From assembly GCA_963799845.1 (NCBI GenBank), contig CAWCYI010000005.1, forward strand, positions 1 to 64,000: DNA of 64,000 nt, written 5' to 3'. Source of the stretch: an uncultured Nitrososphaerota archaeon. Lineage in GTDB: Archaea; Thermoproteota; Nitrososphaeria; Nitrososphaerales; CADDZS01. The translations under genes and the position numbers were made by a program. Below the pieces are notes generated by a model that ran no database searches, was not told where the DNA came from, and saw nothing but the letters and a program-made list of their open reading frames with translations. Positions 63,121 through 64,000 of the stretch are shown piece after piece. The stretch's first letter is position 1. Each line of letters starts with the position of its first letter.

Positions 63121-64000
63121 GTGGAACCAAACACACTCACTCCGGAACTGCTCCACAAGATGGATGCCTACTGGCGCGCCGCCAACTATCTGTCGGTTGG
63201 CCAGATTTATCTCTACGACAATCCGCTGTTGAAGGAGCCGCTGGAACTGTCGCATGTGAAGCCCCTTGTGGTCGGACACTGGGGCACGGTTCCAGCAAGA
63301 TTCGTCTACGTGCACCTGAATCGAGTCATCAAAAAATATGACCTGGATATGTTTTACATCTCCGGTCCCGGTCACGGAGGTGCTGCTCTAGTGGGCAATA
63401 CTTACCTCGAAGGCACCTATAGCGAGATTTATCCTAACATCAGCCAGGACGAAGCCGGAATGAAGGCGTTGTTTAGGCAATTCTCGTTTCCCGGAGGGAT
63501 TTCCAGTCATGTTGCACCGACGACGCCGGGGTCGATACACGAAGGTGGCGGACTGGGATATTCGCTGAGCCATGCCTTCGGGGCAGCGTTTGACAATCCC
63601 GAACTGATAGTCGCCTGTGTTATCGGAGATGGTGAGGCGGAAACGGGCAAGCTGGCGACTTCATGGCAGTCCAACAAGCTTCTTGACCCGGTTACCGACG
63701 GAGCCGTCCTGCCAATCCTTCATCTCAATGGCTACAAGATCAGCAATCCAACTGTTCTGGCGCGTGTAAAGGAAGAGGAATTGGAGCAATTTCTACGAGG
63801 CTGCGGCTGGACGCCCCACTTTGTGGTGGGTGATGAGCCGGAAAAGATGCATGAACTCATGGCGAACACTATGGAAGTGGTAATCGAAGATATCAAGCGA
63901 ATCCAAAGTAATGCACGGAATAAGAACGACACTAGTCGGCCGCACTGGCCAATGATCGTTCTCAAGTCACCCAAGGGATGGACGGGACCGAAATTCGTTG
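63121..64000 (+). CDS. xfp: Phosphoketolase (runs off the window end)
   Basis: Hand translation from GTG 63121: [64 protein letters not shown]. Confidence 0.95.
   Translation, partial: MEPNTLTPELLHKMDAYWRAANYLSVGQIYLYDNPLLKEPLELSHVKPLVVGHWGTVPARFVYVHLNRVIKKYDLDMFYISGPGHGGAALVGNTYLEGTYSEIYPNISQDEAGMKALFRQFSFPGGISSHVAPTTPGSIHEGGGLGYSLSHAFGAAFDNPELIVACVIGDGEAETGKLATSWQSNKLLDPVTDGAVLPILHLNGYKISNPTVLARVKEEELEQFLRGCGWTPHFVVGDEPEKMHELMANTMEVVIEDIKRIQSNARNKNDTSRPHWPMIVLKSPKGWTGPKFV

Noticed and set aside
1-64000. CRISPR array or cas genes
   Set aside because: No repeat-spacer periodicity or Cas motifs seen; the repeats found are tandem or paired.

Overview
Archaeal DNA, most likely a Nitrososphaerota/TACK lineage (thermopsin, stand-alone Lrp/AsnC domain, NitrOD5-like and DUF5752-like domains, many TTG/GTG starts); this taxonomy is inferred from family recognition only. 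Positions ~1-36 kb form a defence/mobile island that ends near a tRNA-3'-end-like 16-mer (35975-35990, possible att site). It carries five candidate modules: (i) a NurA-HerA-PIN operon without mre11/rad50; (ii) a seven-gene ParB-like/Mrr/SNF2/R*/M1/M2/R cluster in which two paralogous endonucleases, one apparently catalytically degenerate, flank two adenine methyltransferases; (iii) two paralogous AAA+ ATPases bracketing an unknown wHTH-like protein, head-to-head with an RNase J/beta-CASP-type nuclease, which I cannot match to a named system and regard as the best candidate for an undescribed one; (iv) a DGQHR-GIY-YIG fusion; (v) a two-gene TIR unit. An RHH-GHKL pair, an ADP-ribosylglycohydrolase and many Zn-ribbon microproteins are also present. 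Positions 36-54 kb hold an Opp/Dpp-type ABC operon with a histidine phosphatase and GDPD, an ATPase/nuclease pair, aquaporin, SixA, PPK2 and a P-type H+ ATPase. Positions 54.8-64 kb are a more GC-rich, bacterial-like glgP-glgX-malQ-HAD-ackA-xfp cluster. Single-base frameshifts become dense to the right and are probably sequencing errors. No CRISPR array, rRNA, complete tRNA, integrase or transposase was seen. All calls come from reading motifs by eye; no database search was run.
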